Source of the DNA: a bacterium | GTDB taxonomy: Bacteria > RBG-13-61-14 > DATKZS01 | DNA length: 64,000 bases | NCBI GenBank assembly: GCA_963674965.2 | Contig: CAXXFL010000001.1 | Coordinates: forward strand, 800,001-864,000 | Direction of reading: 5' to 3' | Shown here: piece by piece, positions 50,533-60,533 of the stretch | Layout: each line of letters opens with the position of its first letter | Numbering within the stretch: the first letter of the stretch is position 1 | Notes under the pieces: generated by a model | What the model was told of the DNA's origin: nothing | Seen by the model: the letters and a program-made list of their open reading frames with translations, nothing else | Database searches by the model: none | Made by a program: the position numbers and the translations under genes

Positions 50533-51245
50533 TTGATACCCAGGACTTTCCTCTGGATGGCGAACAGATCGCCGATTCCCCCGGCCGCCAGTCCGATCAA
50601 TCGGTCGAGCTGGGCGCGGGAAAAGGGCTCACCTTCCGCCGTTCCCTGAATCTCGATCATCTTGCCCGATCCGGTCATGACTATATTCATGTCCACGTCG
50701 GCCGAGCTGTCCTTTTCATAATCCAGGTCCAGGACCGGCGCGCCCTTCCATATGCCCACGCTGATGGCCGCGCAAAGGTCGGTAATGGGAAAATTCTCGA
50801 TCTTGCCGCTTTTCACAAGGCTCCGGCAAGCGTCGTACAGGGCCACGAAGCCTCCGGTTATGGAGGCGCACCTGGTGCCGCCGTCGGCCTCGATCACGTC
50901 GCAGTCCACGATGATGGTATAGTTGTCGATGGCCTCGAGGTTGGTAACGGCCCGGAGGGACCGGCCGATAAGCCGCTGGATTTCCTGGGTCCGGCCCGAG
51001 ACGCTTCCTCTTTCGCGCCTGGTCCTGGTGCTGGTGGAACGCGGCAGGAGGCCGTACTCGGCCGTCACCCAGCCCCGGGCCTCGTTGCGCATCCACCTCG
51101 GCCTTCCCTCCTCGACGCTGGCCGCGCAAAGCACGCTGGTGCCGCCCATGGTGATTAGCGCGCTGCCCTCGGCGCTTTTAACGGCTTTCCGCTTGATCTT
51201 GGTGGGACGCATGGTCTCGAGGCCGGAGTTTTTTTTCTTTGTCAT
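50529..51245 (-). CDS. rph: Ribonuclease PH
   Basis: GWVTAEY, GRTQEIQRLIGRSLR, ADGGTRCASITG, EIQGTAE. Confidence 0.97.
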   Translation of the reverse strand: MTKKKNSGLETMRPTKIKRKAVKSAEGSALITMGGTSVLCAASVEEGRPRWMRNEARGWVTAEYGLLPRSTSTRTRRERGSVSGRTQEIQRLIGRSLRAVTNLEAIDNYTIIVDCDVIEADGGTRCASITGGFVALYDACRSLVKSGKIENFPITDLCAAISVGIWKGAPVLDLDYEKDSSADVDMNIVMTGSGKMIEIQGTAEGEPFSRAQLDRLIGLAAGGIGDLFAIQRKVLGIK

Positions 51246-51254
51246 GAGTGGTCC

Positions 51255-52529
51255 TCAGGGAGTTGTCCCGGAGCCCAGTCCTCTCCTGGCGTTGGTCTGT
51301 TCGCGATACTGGAGAATGGCCTGGGCCAGGGCCTCGACTATCTTGTCCTGCGTCTCGGGGTCGGTAATAACCTGGGCCTCGAGGGGACTGGTGAGAAATC
51401 CAACCTCCACGAGCACCGCCGGCATGGCGGCGTCCATCAACACCTTGAAGGGAGCCTGCTTCACCCCCCGGTTCTCGGACTTCATTACCCGCGACATGTT
51501 GTCCTGGATCATCTCCGCCAGGCGCTCGGAGTCGGCCAAAGACTCGGTCTGGGCCATGTCGCCCAGGATGGCCTCGAGGTCGGTAAGCACCTCGCTGGGC
51601 GCGGCCGTGTCCCCGCCGATTTCCCGGTTCTCCCAGATGGCCAGTTCCTCGGCCGCCTTGTCCGAGGCCGTGAGGCTGGCGAAGAAGGTCTCGAAACCCT
51701 GGGCGCTAACGCGCCTGTACCCGTTGGCGTGGATGGACACGAAAACGTCGGCGCCCATCTGTTTGGCCTTGCGCGGACGGTTGGCCAGGGTAATAAAGAC
51801 GTCTTCCTCCCTGGTCATGGCGGCCTTGACTCCCGGCTCGCGCTCGAGCCTTACGCGGAGCTTTTTGCCAATGTCCAGGACCACGTCCTTTTCCTGGAGG
51901 CCCGAGGGGCCCTTGGCGCCGGGGTCATGCCCGCCGTGTCCCGGGTCGATAACGATCACGTCCACCGGGTTGCGGTCGGGTGAATCGGGGACGGGAACGG
52001 CGGGGGCCGCGGCCACAACCGCCGGAGAAGGCGCGGCGGGGTCCTCGGGCGTTGTCCCTTTTTTGAACAGCCCCGGAAAAAGCGCGTTTTTCTGCACGCC
52101 CACCTCGGTCCCGTCGTAAAGAAGACGGACCTCTTTTCCCAGGGCCTTTGCCACCAGGGAGGTGTAGACCTCGCCCGGTATATAGACCTTCTCGCCTATC
52201 CAGATGGGAGCGTGCCGGAGATTTAAGTCCGACGAGCCGTAACTGGCGCGCTTGCCCGCGGTCTCGACGAATATCAGGCCTTTTTCCGTCTTGATAAAGG
52301 CGACCTTGCTGGAGGGGTCGGAAAAACAGGACAACTCGAGGGCCGCGCAAGAGTCGGCCAGGGGAAGAAAGACGGCGTCTCCCACCACCTGGAAGTCGGT
52401 GAATGAATGGACCAGACGATTGTCCACCCTCAGTTGAAGCTCCTTGGGGGCCTTTTCATCGGCCAGAGCGAAAACACCCGAAACCACAAGCAACGCCGCG
52501 ACGGCCGCGAAGAAAAATGGCTTTCTCAT
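51255..52529 (-). CDS. N-acetylmuramoyl-L-alanine amidase (Amidase_3) with N-terminal copper-amine-oxidase-like domain
   Basis: Signal peptide; IDPGHGGHDPGA, EKD, FVSIHAN, LVEVGFLT. Confidence 0.93.
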   Translation of the reverse strand: MRKPFFFAAVAALLVVSGVFALADEKAPKELQLRVDNRLVHSFTDFQVVGDAVFLPLADSCAALELSCFSDPSSKVAFIKTEKGLIFVETAGKRASYGSSDLNLRHAPIWIGEKVYIPGEVYTSLVAKALGKEVRLLYDGTEVGVQKNALFPGLFKKGTTPEDPAAPSPAVVAAAPAVPVPDSPDRNPVDVIVIDPGHGGHDPGAKGPSGLQEKDVVLDIGKKLRVRLEREPGVKAAMTREEDVFITLANRPRKAKQMGADVFVSIHANGYRRVSAQGFETFFASLTASDKAAEELAIWENREIGGDTAAPSEVLTDLEAILGDMAQTESLADSERLAEMIQDNMSRVMKSENRGVKQAPFKVLMDAAMPAVLVEVGFLTSPLEAQVITDPETQDKIVEALAQAILQYREQTNARRGLGSGTTP

Positions 52530-52587
52530 ATGGAATATTTTATCACGGCCTCGCCGAGCGAAAAACACGGCGTCTTGCGAGGTCGGG

Positions 52588-52616
52588 GTTGACGCTCAGT
52601 TGACGCTCAGTTGACG
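52588..52616. repeat. Short tandem repeat (GTTGACGCTCA)x2.6 duplicating the amrS stop region
   Basis: GTTGACGCTCA GTTGACGCTCA GTTGACG. Confidence 0.9.
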
Positions 52617-53590
52617 AAGTTGACCTTGTTCTTGCAGCTCGAGCAGGAGTCTCCCGAGAGCGATCCGATTTTCGTCCTGTAGCCCGACCTGGAGACGAGG
52701 ACGGCCCCGCAATTCGGGCAGATCGAGTCGCTTCCCTCCTCGAGAACGACGTTGCCCAGGTAGACGTAATTGAGCCTGGCCTTGGCGATCTCGTAAGCCC
52801 GCAGCATGGTCTTGGCGGGGGTGGCCGGGTTTTTCATCTTGTACATGGGACGGTAGGCCGAGAAGTGTAGGGGAAGGTCCGGCGAGACGGAGTGGATGAA
52901 ATCGACCAACTCGGCAATGTCCTCGTCCGAGTCGTTTTCGCCGGTCACGATCAAATTGGTAACCTCGACCAGGCAGTCCCCGGCCGCCCGCTCGATGGTT
53001 TTCATCACCGGCTTCACCCCTCCCCCGCAAAGGCGCCTGTAGAAGCCGTCGCGGATGGATTTAAGGTCAACGTTCATGGCGTCTATATAAGGAAGAATCT
53101 CCTCGAGGGGCTCGGGGTTATAGTAGCCGTTCGTCACCAGCACGGCGCCTATGCCCTTTTCCCTGGAAAGCCTCGCCGCGTCGATCACGAACTCGAAGTT
53201 TACGTAGGGCTCGTTATAAGTGTAGGCGATGGACCCCGATCCCTGACGCTCGGCCGCCGCGACGATATCCTTGGGATCGGCCCCGTCCGTCCTGACCTTT
53301 CCGTCCCAAAGGTGGTAATTCTGGCAAAAGTCGCAGGAGAAGTTGCATCCCACCGTGCCCACCGAAAGTATGCTCGAGCCCGGATGGTAATGATATAGCG
53401 GCTTTTTCTCGATGGGGTCCATGGCCAGGGCCGAGACCTCGCCGTAGCGCGAGGCGTAAAGGACGCCGCCCTGGTTCAGCTTATTTCCGCAAAGGCCCGT
53501 TTTTCCTTCCTTGATCATGCACAGGCGTGGGCAAAGAAGGCACCTTGTCTTTCCCTCTTCTTTTTTCTCCCAATACCTGGCTTCCTTCAT
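52607..53590 (-). CDS. amrS: AmmeMemoRadiSam system radical SAM enzyme
   Basis: CLLCPRLC; DPIEKKPLYHYHPGS; GCNFSCDFCQN; AYTYNEP; YVYLGN...CPNCG. Confidence 0.93.
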   Translation of the reverse strand: MKEARYWEKKEEGKTRCLLCPRLCMIKEGKTGLCGNKLNQGGVLYASRYGEVSALAMDPIEKKPLYHYHPGSSILSVGTVGCNFSCDFCQNYHLWDGKVRTDGADPKDIVAAAERQGSGSIAYTYNEPYVNFEFVIDAARLSREKGIGAVLVTNGYYNPEPLEEILPYIDAMNVDLKSIRDGFYRRLCGGGVKPVMKTIERAAGDCLVEVTNLIVTGENDSDEDIAELVDFIHSVSPDLPLHFSAYRPMYKMKNPATPAKTMLRAYEIAKARLNYVYLGNVVLEEGSDSICPNCGAVLVSRSGYRTKIGSLSGDSCSSCKNKVNFVN

Positions 53591-53626
53591 GCGGGGCCTC
53601 TTTAAATTCCAAGACCTGTTTTCGAG

Positions 53627-54721
53627 TCAGGCGAAACTCGAGGCCAGCTCGGCGTGCTCGGCTCGTCCGATTACCCGGGCCAGGTCTTCTCTTGGCGGAG
53701 GTTTTTCCATGAGGAACCTCTCCTTCATGGACAGGACCCTTTTCACCGCCATGGCCGTCTGGGCGTATCCCAGAATTCCCTGCTTGATTCCCTCGATGAT
53801 GGTCTCTCTCACCTCGGCGGCCTTTTCCATTCCGCTGACGGCGAGGAGCAGGTCGCACCCCGACCGTACGGCCTGGAAGGTCGCGTCCTGGGTGTTCATG
53901 TACTTGGACAGGGCTCCCATCTCGAGGGCGTCGGTCACAATGACCGAGTCGAACCCCATCTCGTGTCTCAGGAGGTCGGTAAGGATGGTCTTCGAGTGCG
54001 TGGCGGGATAGTACTTGTCCAGTTCTTTATAGCGGACGTGGGCGGTCATGATCATGGGTACCTTGGCCTCGACGGCGGCCTCGAAGGGTACCAGCTCGCG
54101 CCGGTCGAGGGTCTCGCGGTCGGCCAGGACCTCGGGGAGGTCCAAGTGGGAGTCAACCCCCGTGTCTCCGTGCCCGGGAAAATGCTTGCCGCAGCAGATG
54201 ATGCCCGCCTCGTTAAAGGCCTCGATCATGGCCGCGCCCAGGCGGGCCACCCGGTTGGCGTCGGAACTGAAGCTGCGGTCGCCGATGATGGGGTTGGCCG
54301 GGTTCGAGTCCACGTCGAGGACCGGCGCGAAGTTGACGTTGATACCCGCGGCCATGAGCTCGGCCGCCATGGCCTTGGCCACGGCCCTGGCCTTCCTCGA
54401 GTCGCCCTTCCTCTCGAGGTCCCGCGCCGAGGGCCAGGCGGTGAAAGGAGGTGACAGATGATTGACCCGCCCACCCTCGTGATCGATGGATATGATGGGC
54501 GGAAGGGTCGACGCCCGCCTTATACCGTCGGTAAGGTCGCGTATTTCCTCCGGCGTTCCCAGGTTCTTGCGAAAAAGGATCACGCCGGAAACCAGGCCCT
54601 TGGACAGGGCCTTCTCGACCTCGGACGGCAACGTCTTGCCCTCGAAGCCGGCCACCACCATCTGGCCGGCCATGATCTCGGGGTCCATTTCCATTTCCAG
54701 CATTTTCGGTTTGGCGCCCAT
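53627..54721 (-). CDS. nagZ: Beta-N-acetylhexosaminidase (GH3)
   Basis: IDHEGGRV, NFAPVLD, KHFPGHGDTGVDSH, TDALEM. Confidence 0.95.
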   Translation of the reverse strand: MGAKPKMLEMEMDPEIMAGQMVVAGFEGKTLPSEVEKALSKGLVSGVILFRKNLGTPEEIRDLTDGIRRASTLPPIISIDHEGGRVNHLSPPFTAWPSARDLERKGDSRKARAVAKAMAAELMAAGINVNFAPVLDVDSNPANPIIGDRSFSSDANRVARLGAAMIEAFNEAGIICCGKHFPGHGDTGVDSHLDLPEVLADRETLDRRELVPFEAAVEAKVPMIMTAHVRYKELDKYYPATHSKTILTDLLRHEMGFDSVIVTDALEMGALSKYMNTQDATFQAVRSGCDLLLAVSGMEKAAEVRETIIEGIKQGILGYAQTAMAVKRVLSMKERFLMEKPPPREDLARVIGRAEHAELASSFA

Positions 54722-54939
54722 GGCTCACCTCCTGTGTAAAGCATATCCGAGACGGGAGCCAATGCAAATGGATAGAGGAAAAAAATCGGGAAATCTTCCC
54801 GAGTACAATCGGCCATTCTCGACCCTCGAATCGATAAATCAATAAAACCTTTGCGGCCTTGCCCCGTTTGATCTATCTTAGATCGCGTCGCCAATTGCTT
54901 TGGCGAAGAAAAAGTCAACCGATCAAGAGGAGAGGATAA

Positions 54940-56862
54940 ATGTCTAAAAAGAGCTTGAAAAAGGCTTTTTTGCTTCTGGCCGCCCTGCCGGTGGCCTTTG
55001 GCTTATTATTTATACAAGCAAGCGGGGCCGTGGACCTCGAGAAGGCGGCGGCCGACCAGATCAAGGCGGCCAAGGAAGCTATCGCCAAGGCTAAAAAGGC
55101 GGAGGCGGAAAAATTCGCCTCCGACGCCCTCAAGGAGGCCGAAGAGCTTCTCGATGAAGCCCAGGAACTATTTAATGAAGGCGATTACGAGCGGGCCGAG
55201 GTGGTGGCCCTCTCCGCCGAAATCCAGGCGGAACGCGCCATGGAGATGGCGGCCCTGGCCAAGGAGCGCGGCGAGGAGTCCGACGAGGAAATGCTCATGA
55301 TGAGCAAGACGTCTCCCTCTCCCTCCGCTCCTCCGCCTCCTTCTCCTTCCCCCAGGCCCAGGAAAATGGCGAAAAAGCCGATGGTGACCATAGGGGGAGG
55401 AGCGATAATGGGCTCGGTACCTCCTCCTTCCTCGGCGTATCAGCCGGCCCACGGCGGGACCCGTCCGCCCAACAACGCGGCTTACGACGCCATGTTCTTC
55501 GAGACCCACGGGGTCAACCCCTTCATCGACGCCGAGGACGACCATTTGTCCACCTTTGCCGTGGACGTGGACACGGGAAGCTACACCATCTGCCGCAAGT
55601 ACATATTCGACGGGAACCTTCCCCCCAAGGAGGCGGTCCGGGTCGAGGAGTTCGTGAACTATTTCAAATACGACTACAAAAAGCCCGACGCCGAGGCTTT
55701 CAGCGTCAACCTGGAGGGAGGCCCGAGCAACTTCGGCGGCGCGCGGCACGAGATGCTTCGCGTGGGCATTCAGGGCAAGGAGGTCAAGCCGGAGGACCGC
55801 AAGAGCGCCTCCCTGGTTTTCGTGATCGACGTCTCGGGGAGCATGGACCGGGAGAACCGGCTGGGCCTGGTCAAGAAGACCCTTCGCGTCCTGGTGGACC
55901 AGCTCGAGAAGGGCGACGAGGTGGGCATAGTGATTTACGGATCTCGGGCCGAGGTGGTTCTCGAGCCAACCGGAATCAAGGACAAGCAAAAGATCATCGA
56001 CGCCATCGAGAAGCTGGGCCCGGGAGGGGCCACCAACGCCGAGGCGGGAATATATCTTGCCTACCAAATGGCGGCCGAGTCCTTCAAGCCCGGGGGCATC
56101 AACCGGGTCATCCTTTGCTCCGACGGCGTGGCCAACGTGGGCGAGACGGGCGCCGATGAGATTTTAAAGAGGATCGAGCGTTACGCGGACAAGGGCGTCA
56201 CTTTAACCACCGTGGGCTTTGGCATGGGCAACTACAACGACGTGATGATGGAGAAGCTGGCGGACAAGGGCGACGGCCAGTACGCCTACGTTGACAACCT
56301 GTCCGAGGCCAGGCGGGTGTTCGTCGAGAACCTGACCGGGACCCTCCAGGTCATCGCCAAGGACGTCAAGGTCCAGGTGGACTTCAATCCCGAGGTGGTC
56401 CAGAGTTACCGCCTCCTGGGCTACGAGAACCGGGACGTGGCCGACGAGGACTTCAGGAACGACAAGGTGGACGCGGGCGAGATCGGCTCGGGCCACCAGG
56501 TGACGGCCCTTTACGAGATCAAGTTCCACAAGGACGGCAAGCCCGGCAAGGTGGCCGACGTTTACATCAGATACAAAAGCCCCGACCGGGAGGAGAGGGT
56601 AAAGGAAGTAAAGCGGGGTATCGAGAAGTCCGAGTTCAAGTCCGACTTCGAGAAGACCGACGCCGACCTCCGCCTGGCGGCCTCGGTGGCCGAGTTCTCC
56701 GAGATTTTGCGCAAGAGCTACTGGGCCAAGGACGGCAAGCTCGAGGACGTAATGGCCGCCCTGCAGGGACTCCCGGCCGAAAGAAGGTCGAGCGCCGACG
56801 TGATCGAGCTTATCGACCTGGTGAGCAAGGCGAAAAAAATTCAGGAAGCGAACCCGGAATAA
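54940..56862 (+). CDS. Exported YfbK-like von Willebrand factor A domain protein with N-terminal DUF4398-like helices
   Basis: STFAVDVDTGSY, VRVEEFVNYF, DVSGS MIDAS, SDG.AN, YRLLGYENR, DAGEIG; Pro/Ser linker. Confidence 0.92.
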   Translation: MSKKSLKKAFLLLAALPVAFGLLFIQASGAVDLEKAAADQIKAAKEAIAKAKKAEAEKFASDALKEAEELLDEAQELFNEGDYERAEVVALSAEIQAERAMEMAALAKERGEESDEEMLMMSKTSPSPSAPPPPSPSPRPRKMAKKPMVTIGGGAIMGSVPPPSSAYQPAHGGTRPPNNAAYDAMFFETHGVNPFIDAEDDHLSTFAVDVDTGSYTICRKYIFDGNLPPKEAVRVEEFVNYFKYDYKKPDAEAFSVNLEGGPSNFGGARHEMLRVGIQGKEVKPEDRKSASLVFVIDVSGSMDRENRLGLVKKTLRVLVDQLEKGDEVGIVIYGSRAEVVLEPTGIKDKQKIIDAIEKLGPGGATNAEAGIYLAYQMAAESFKPGGINRVILCSDGVANVGETGADEILKRIERYADKGVTLTTVGFGMGNYNDVMMEKLADKGDGQYAYVDNLSEARRVFVENLTGTLQVIAKDVKVQVDFNPEVVQSYRLLGYENRDVADEDFRNDKVDAGEIGSGHQVTALYEIKFHKDGKPGKVADVYIRYKSPDREERVKEVKRGIEKSEFKSDFEKTDADLRLAASVAEFSEILRKSYWAKDGKLEDVMAALQGLPAERRSSADVIELIDLVSKAKKIQEANPE

Positions 56863-56881
56863 TACAAGACAGCGCACCGTG

Positions 56882-56910
56882 AGGGCGGCCCTGGCGCCGC
56901 CCTTTTTTTT
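56882..56910 (+). terminator. Rho-independent terminator
   Basis: AGGGCGGC-6 nt loop-GCCGCCCT followed by a T tract. Confidence 0.8.
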
Positions 56911-56932
56911 CGCTCAACGCGATCGGAAAGAG

Positions 56933-57664
56933 TTACTCTTTTCTCTCGTAGAGCCTTTGGGCGATAAAGGAAGCGGCCGTCTCGGGCAGGCATCCTTTTC
57001 CGAAGCCGGCGTCAAATCCCATTTCCAGCGCGATTTTATGGGTTATCCGGGGGCCTCCCAGCAGCAAAATAAATCTTCCTTTAAGGCCCATCTTTTCGAT
57101 TTCCTCCTGGAAGTCCCTGAGGTTGACAAGATGCGCGTCCTTTTGGGTCACCGTCTGCGAGACCAGCACCGCGTCGGCCCCCAGCTCGACCGCTTTGTTT
57201 AACAGCTCCCGGTTGGGGACCTGCGCCCCCAGGTTGTGGGCCTCGATCATAGGATACCTCTCGAGGCCGTAATGCCGGTCGTATCCCTTCATGTTCATGA
57301 TGGCGTCGATGCCCACGGTGTGGGCGTCGAACCCCGTGCAGGCCCCTACCACCACCAGCTTCCTTTCGATCTTCTCCTTGATAAAAGCGTTGACCTCGTG
57401 GAAGTCCATGGACCTCTCGTAGAGTCCGGGGTCCATCTCGACCTCGTCCGGGTCTATGCTTACGTTTGTCCATCCATAGGCCACGAACATGGTGAAGCCC
57501 TCCATGAGGGGGGACGCGTGAGCCACCTCGCACGACTCGAATCCCAGCCTTAGCACGTACTCCCTGGCCACCTCCACCGCCTTTCCCGAGGCGTCCAGAG
57601 GAAGAGTAAAGGAGAGCTGGACCGCGCCGTCGTTCAACCTGTCTCCATAGGGTCTTATCAACAT
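56933..57664 (-). CDS. kamE: Lysine 5,6-aminomutase beta (cobalamin-binding) subunit
   Basis: RPYGDRLNDGAVQLSFTLP; DAHTVG B12 motif; MNMKG PLP lysine; VSQTVTQ. Confidence 0.95.
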   Translation of the reverse strand: MLIRPYGDRLNDGAVQLSFTLPLDASGKAVEVAREYVLRLGFESCEVAHASPLMEGFTMFVAYGWTNVSIDPDEVEMDPGLYERSMDFHEVNAFIKEKIERKLVVVGACTGFDAHTVGIDAIMNMKGYDRHYGLERYPMIEAHNLGAQVPNRELLNKAVELGADAVLVSQTVTQKDAHLVNLRDFQEEIEKMGLKGRFILLLGGPRITHKIALEMGFDAGFGKGCLPETAASFIAQRLYERKE

Positions 57665-57666
57665 GA

Positions 57667-59262
57667 CTAATCCCCTCCTTTCCCGTCAGCTTGAAACAAC
57701 TCCGACTCGAGGGCGTCCTGTATGGGGTTCCAGTAGTCATCGGCTTTTTCGATCACGCCTTCAAGACCCTTGCCTCCGTCCGGCTTTCTTTTCACGTCGG
57801 CGAACAGGCCCTCCTCGATGGCGGCGAAAAGTCCCGACTCGGCCACCCTCTCGAGGAACTCGGCGGCCATGTCCAAAACCAGGGCCGCTCGTTTCGCGAT
57901 GACGCCGTCCTTTTTATACTCGATCTCGTCACCCAGCGAGGAGGCGGCCTTCATCACCAGCCGCGCGTTGTCAATGGCCAGGAACCTGTCCTGCATAGAC
58001 GGAGTATGGACCGCCTCGGTTAGCATGCCAAGCAGGTGAATCGACTGGCCCGAGATTTTCGAGACGAGGTTGAACATGGAGTTCATGACCAGGCCCCGAA
58101 ACACGTCGCCGGTCATGTGCTTGGTGGGCGGCATATACTTAAGGGGCGACTTGGGAAAAATATCTCTAGCCATCTGGGCCTGGGCCAGCTCGTATAAAAG
58201 TGAGTTCTCGATCTCCGGATTGATCTCGTAGGCGTGGCCGAGGCCGATCAAGGAATGGTCGAGGCCCGCGTCCAGGGCCAGCCTCTCATTGATGAACTGG
58301 GACGCCAGCACCACGTGGGCGGCCTCGAGGGCGTCCGAGGTGGTCAGGTAGTTGTCCTCCCCGGTGTTGATGACCTCACCGGACAGGGCGTTCACCATCC
58401 GGGCGAAATGCTGGTCCACGAAGGTCCGGTAAACGTTTATGTCGCGAAACAGCACGCCGTACATGGCGTCGTTGAGCACCATGTCGAGCCGCTCGAGGGA
58501 GGCCATAACCGCTATCTCGGGCATGCAAAGTCCCGAGCAATAATTGACCAGCCTCACGTATTTCCCGATCTCGTCGCCCGCCTCATCGAGGGCTTGGCGC
58601 ATTACGCGGAAATTCTCCTGGGTGGCGTACGTGCCTCCAAAGCCCTCGGTGGTCGGCCCGTAAGGAACGTAATCCAGAAGGCTCTGGGCCGTGGACCGGA
58701 TGACCGCTATAACGTCCGCCTCCTGCAGCGCGGCGGCCCGGGCCTGTTTGGCGTCCTCGTAAACGTTGCCCGTGGCCACGATCACGTAAAGGAGTGGAGA
58801 GTTCTCCCGCTCCGACCTCTCGCTTATTTTCTTTGCTCGAAAAGCCAAGTTGTCCTTTACCCTCTTGCAATAGGCCCGAGTAAGTTCCCCGGCTTTTCGC
58901 TCGACTCCCGCCTTATCCACTACTCCCGCCCTAGAGAGCTCGTATCCCGAGGCCAGCTTCAGATTCATCTCCTCCACCGTCCATCCGGTCTCAACCAGCG
59001 CTCCGACGTAATACCTGGCGGCCCCTTTTCCCAGCTCGCCTTTGACGCTATCCACGGCCAGGTTGGGCACGGGAACGCCGTCGCCGCTCGCGCCGTCCGC
59101 TCCCAGCGCCCGCAAGGTTGACCGCTCGATGGAAATAGTCGTGTGAATCGATATGTACTCGTGGATGGGCGCGGCGATCCGGCGGGCGCACTCTCTCGCC
59201 CTGGCGATCTTTTCCGCGTCCAGCCCCAGCCTGCCCGCAGCTTCTTGTAATTCCTGACCCAT
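57667..59262 (-). CDS. kamD: Lysine 5,6-aminomutase alpha subunit
   Basis: YVIVATGN, QSLLDYVPYG, NYCSGLCMPE, KYMPPTKHMTG. Confidence 0.96.
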   Translation of the reverse strand: MGQELQEAAGRLGLDAEKIARARECARRIAAPIHEYISIHTTISIERSTLRALGADGASGDGVPVPNLAVDSVKGELGKGAARYYVGALVETGWTVEEMNLKLASGYELSRAGVVDKAGVERKAGELTRAYCKRVKDNLAFRAKKISERSERENSPLLYVIVATGNVYEDAKQARAAALQEADVIAVIRSTAQSLLDYVPYGPTTEGFGGTYATQENFRVMRQALDEAGDEIGKYVRLVNYCSGLCMPEIAVMASLERLDMVLNDAMYGVLFRDINVYRTFVDQHFARMVNALSGEVINTGEDNYLTTSDALEAAHVVLASQFINERLALDAGLDHSLIGLGHAYEINPEIENSLLYELAQAQMARDIFPKSPLKYMPPTKHMTGDVFRGLVMNSMFNLVSKISGQSIHLLGMLTEAVHTPSMQDRFLAIDNARLVMKAASSLGDEIEYKKDGVIAKRAALVLDMAAEFLERVAESGLFAAIEEGLFADVKRKPDGGKGLEGVIEKADDYWNPIQDALESELFQADGKGGD

Positions 59263-59266
59263 GTTT

Positions 59267-60532
59267 TTATCCTCGCGGTGGATGTCTCCTTTGCAGGCCC
59301 GCCGGCTCGAGCAGGCGCTTGCCGTCGATCAGGCATTTGGCCACCCCGTCCAGCGGCTCGTACAGGGCGTCCCGGCAAAGCTCGCACCAGCACTCGGAGT
59401 AGACGTTCTCGGGCTGGGAATAGCTGGTAATTACTCCCTCGTAGTTGCGGAGCACCACTCGTTTATCGGACCAGGACAGGATGTAGTCCGGCATGAGGGG
59501 AATCTTGCCGCCGCCGCCAGGGGCGTCCACCACGAAGGTGGGCACGGCCATGCCCGTGGTGTGGCCGCGGAGGTTCTCGATGATCTCGATGCCCTTGGCG
59601 ATGGAGGTCCGGAAATGGGAGATGCCCCGTGACAGGTCGCACTGATAGATGTAGTAAGGCTTCACCCGAATGGCCAGAAGGTCCTGCACCAGGCGCTTCA
59701 TGATGCGCGGGCAGTCGTTCACGTCGCGCAGGAGCACGCTCTGGTTCCCCAGCGGAACCCCGCCGTCGGCCAGCATGGCGCAGGCGCGGGCCGACTCCTC
59801 GGTGATCTCCTTGTAATGGTTGAAATGGGTGTTGACGAAAACTGGGTGATGACGCCGGATGGTCTTTACGAGAGACTCCGTTATCCTTTGCGGCATGACC
59901 ACGGGGGTACGCGTGCCTATTCTGACGATCTCGACGTGCTCGATCTTCCTCAACTCGCCCAGTATCCAGTCTATCGCCTCGTCCGACATGACGAGCGGGT
60001 CACCGCCCGAGAGCAGAACGTCCCGCACCTCGGGCGTCTTCCTAATATAATCGAGGCCCGCCTCGAGGGACTCCCTGGTAAGATGGTGGTCCTCGGACCC
60101 GACCAGGCGACGACGCGTGCAATGACGGCAATACATCGAGCAACGATTGGTCACGAGAAACAACACCCGGTCCGGGTACCTGTGAATGACGCCGGGGGCT
60201 GGAGAGTCCAGGTCCTCATGCAGAGGATCGTCCATGTCGTCCTCGTCATAAGCGGTCTCCCTGACGCTGGGGACCGCCTGGAGACGGACGGAGCAAAGTC
60301 TGTATTCTCTGTCCATAAGAGAAGCGTAATAGGGCGTTATGGCCATCCGGAAGCGACCAAGACACTTTTTCACGTCCTCCTTCTCCTTATCGTCAAGCTC
60401 GATGATTTCGCCTAAGGTCTCCACGTCGCGGATGCGGTTTTTAAGCTGCCAATGCCAGTCGTTCCATTCCTCGGGCTTCACGTCACGGTAAGGCGGGAGC
60501 GCCTTGTAATCGACCGATGGAAATTTTTTCAT
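59267..60532 (-). CDS. kamA: Lysine 2,3-aminomutase (radical SAM/PLP)
   Basis: HRYPDRV, CSMYCRHCTRRR, LLSGGDP, DAPGGGGKIP. Confidence 0.97.
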   Translation of the reverse strand: MKKFPSVDYKALPPYRDVKPEEWNDWHWQLKNRIRDVETLGEIIELDDKEKEDVKKCLGRFRMAITPYYASLMDREYRLCSVRLQAVPSVRETAYDEDDMDDPLHEDLDSPAPGVIHRYPDRVLFLVTNRCSMYCRHCTRRRLVGSEDHHLTRESLEAGLDYIRKTPEVRDVLLSGGDPLVMSDEAIDWILGELRKIEHVEIVRIGTRTPVVMPQRITESLVKTIRRHHPVFVNTHFNHYKEITEESARACAMLADGGVPLGNQSVLLRDVNDCPRIMKRLVQDLLAIRVKPYYIYQCDLSRGISHFRTSIAKGIEIIENLRGHTTGMAVPTFVVDAPGGGGKIPLMPDYILSWSDKRVVLRNYEGVITSYSQPENVYSECWCELCRDALYEPLDGVAKCLIDGKRLLEPAGLQRRHPPRG

Positions 60533-60533
60533 C

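Noticed and set aside
50923-52119. 398-aa + strand ORF, and the many similar 100-350 aa overlapping ORFs throughout
   Set aside because: Antisense to well-supported genes (rph, amidase); Ser/Arg/Pro-rich artefacts of high GC
52588-52616. Direct repeats as a possible CRISPR remnant
   Set aside because: 11-bp tandem units with no spacers, and no cas genes in the window
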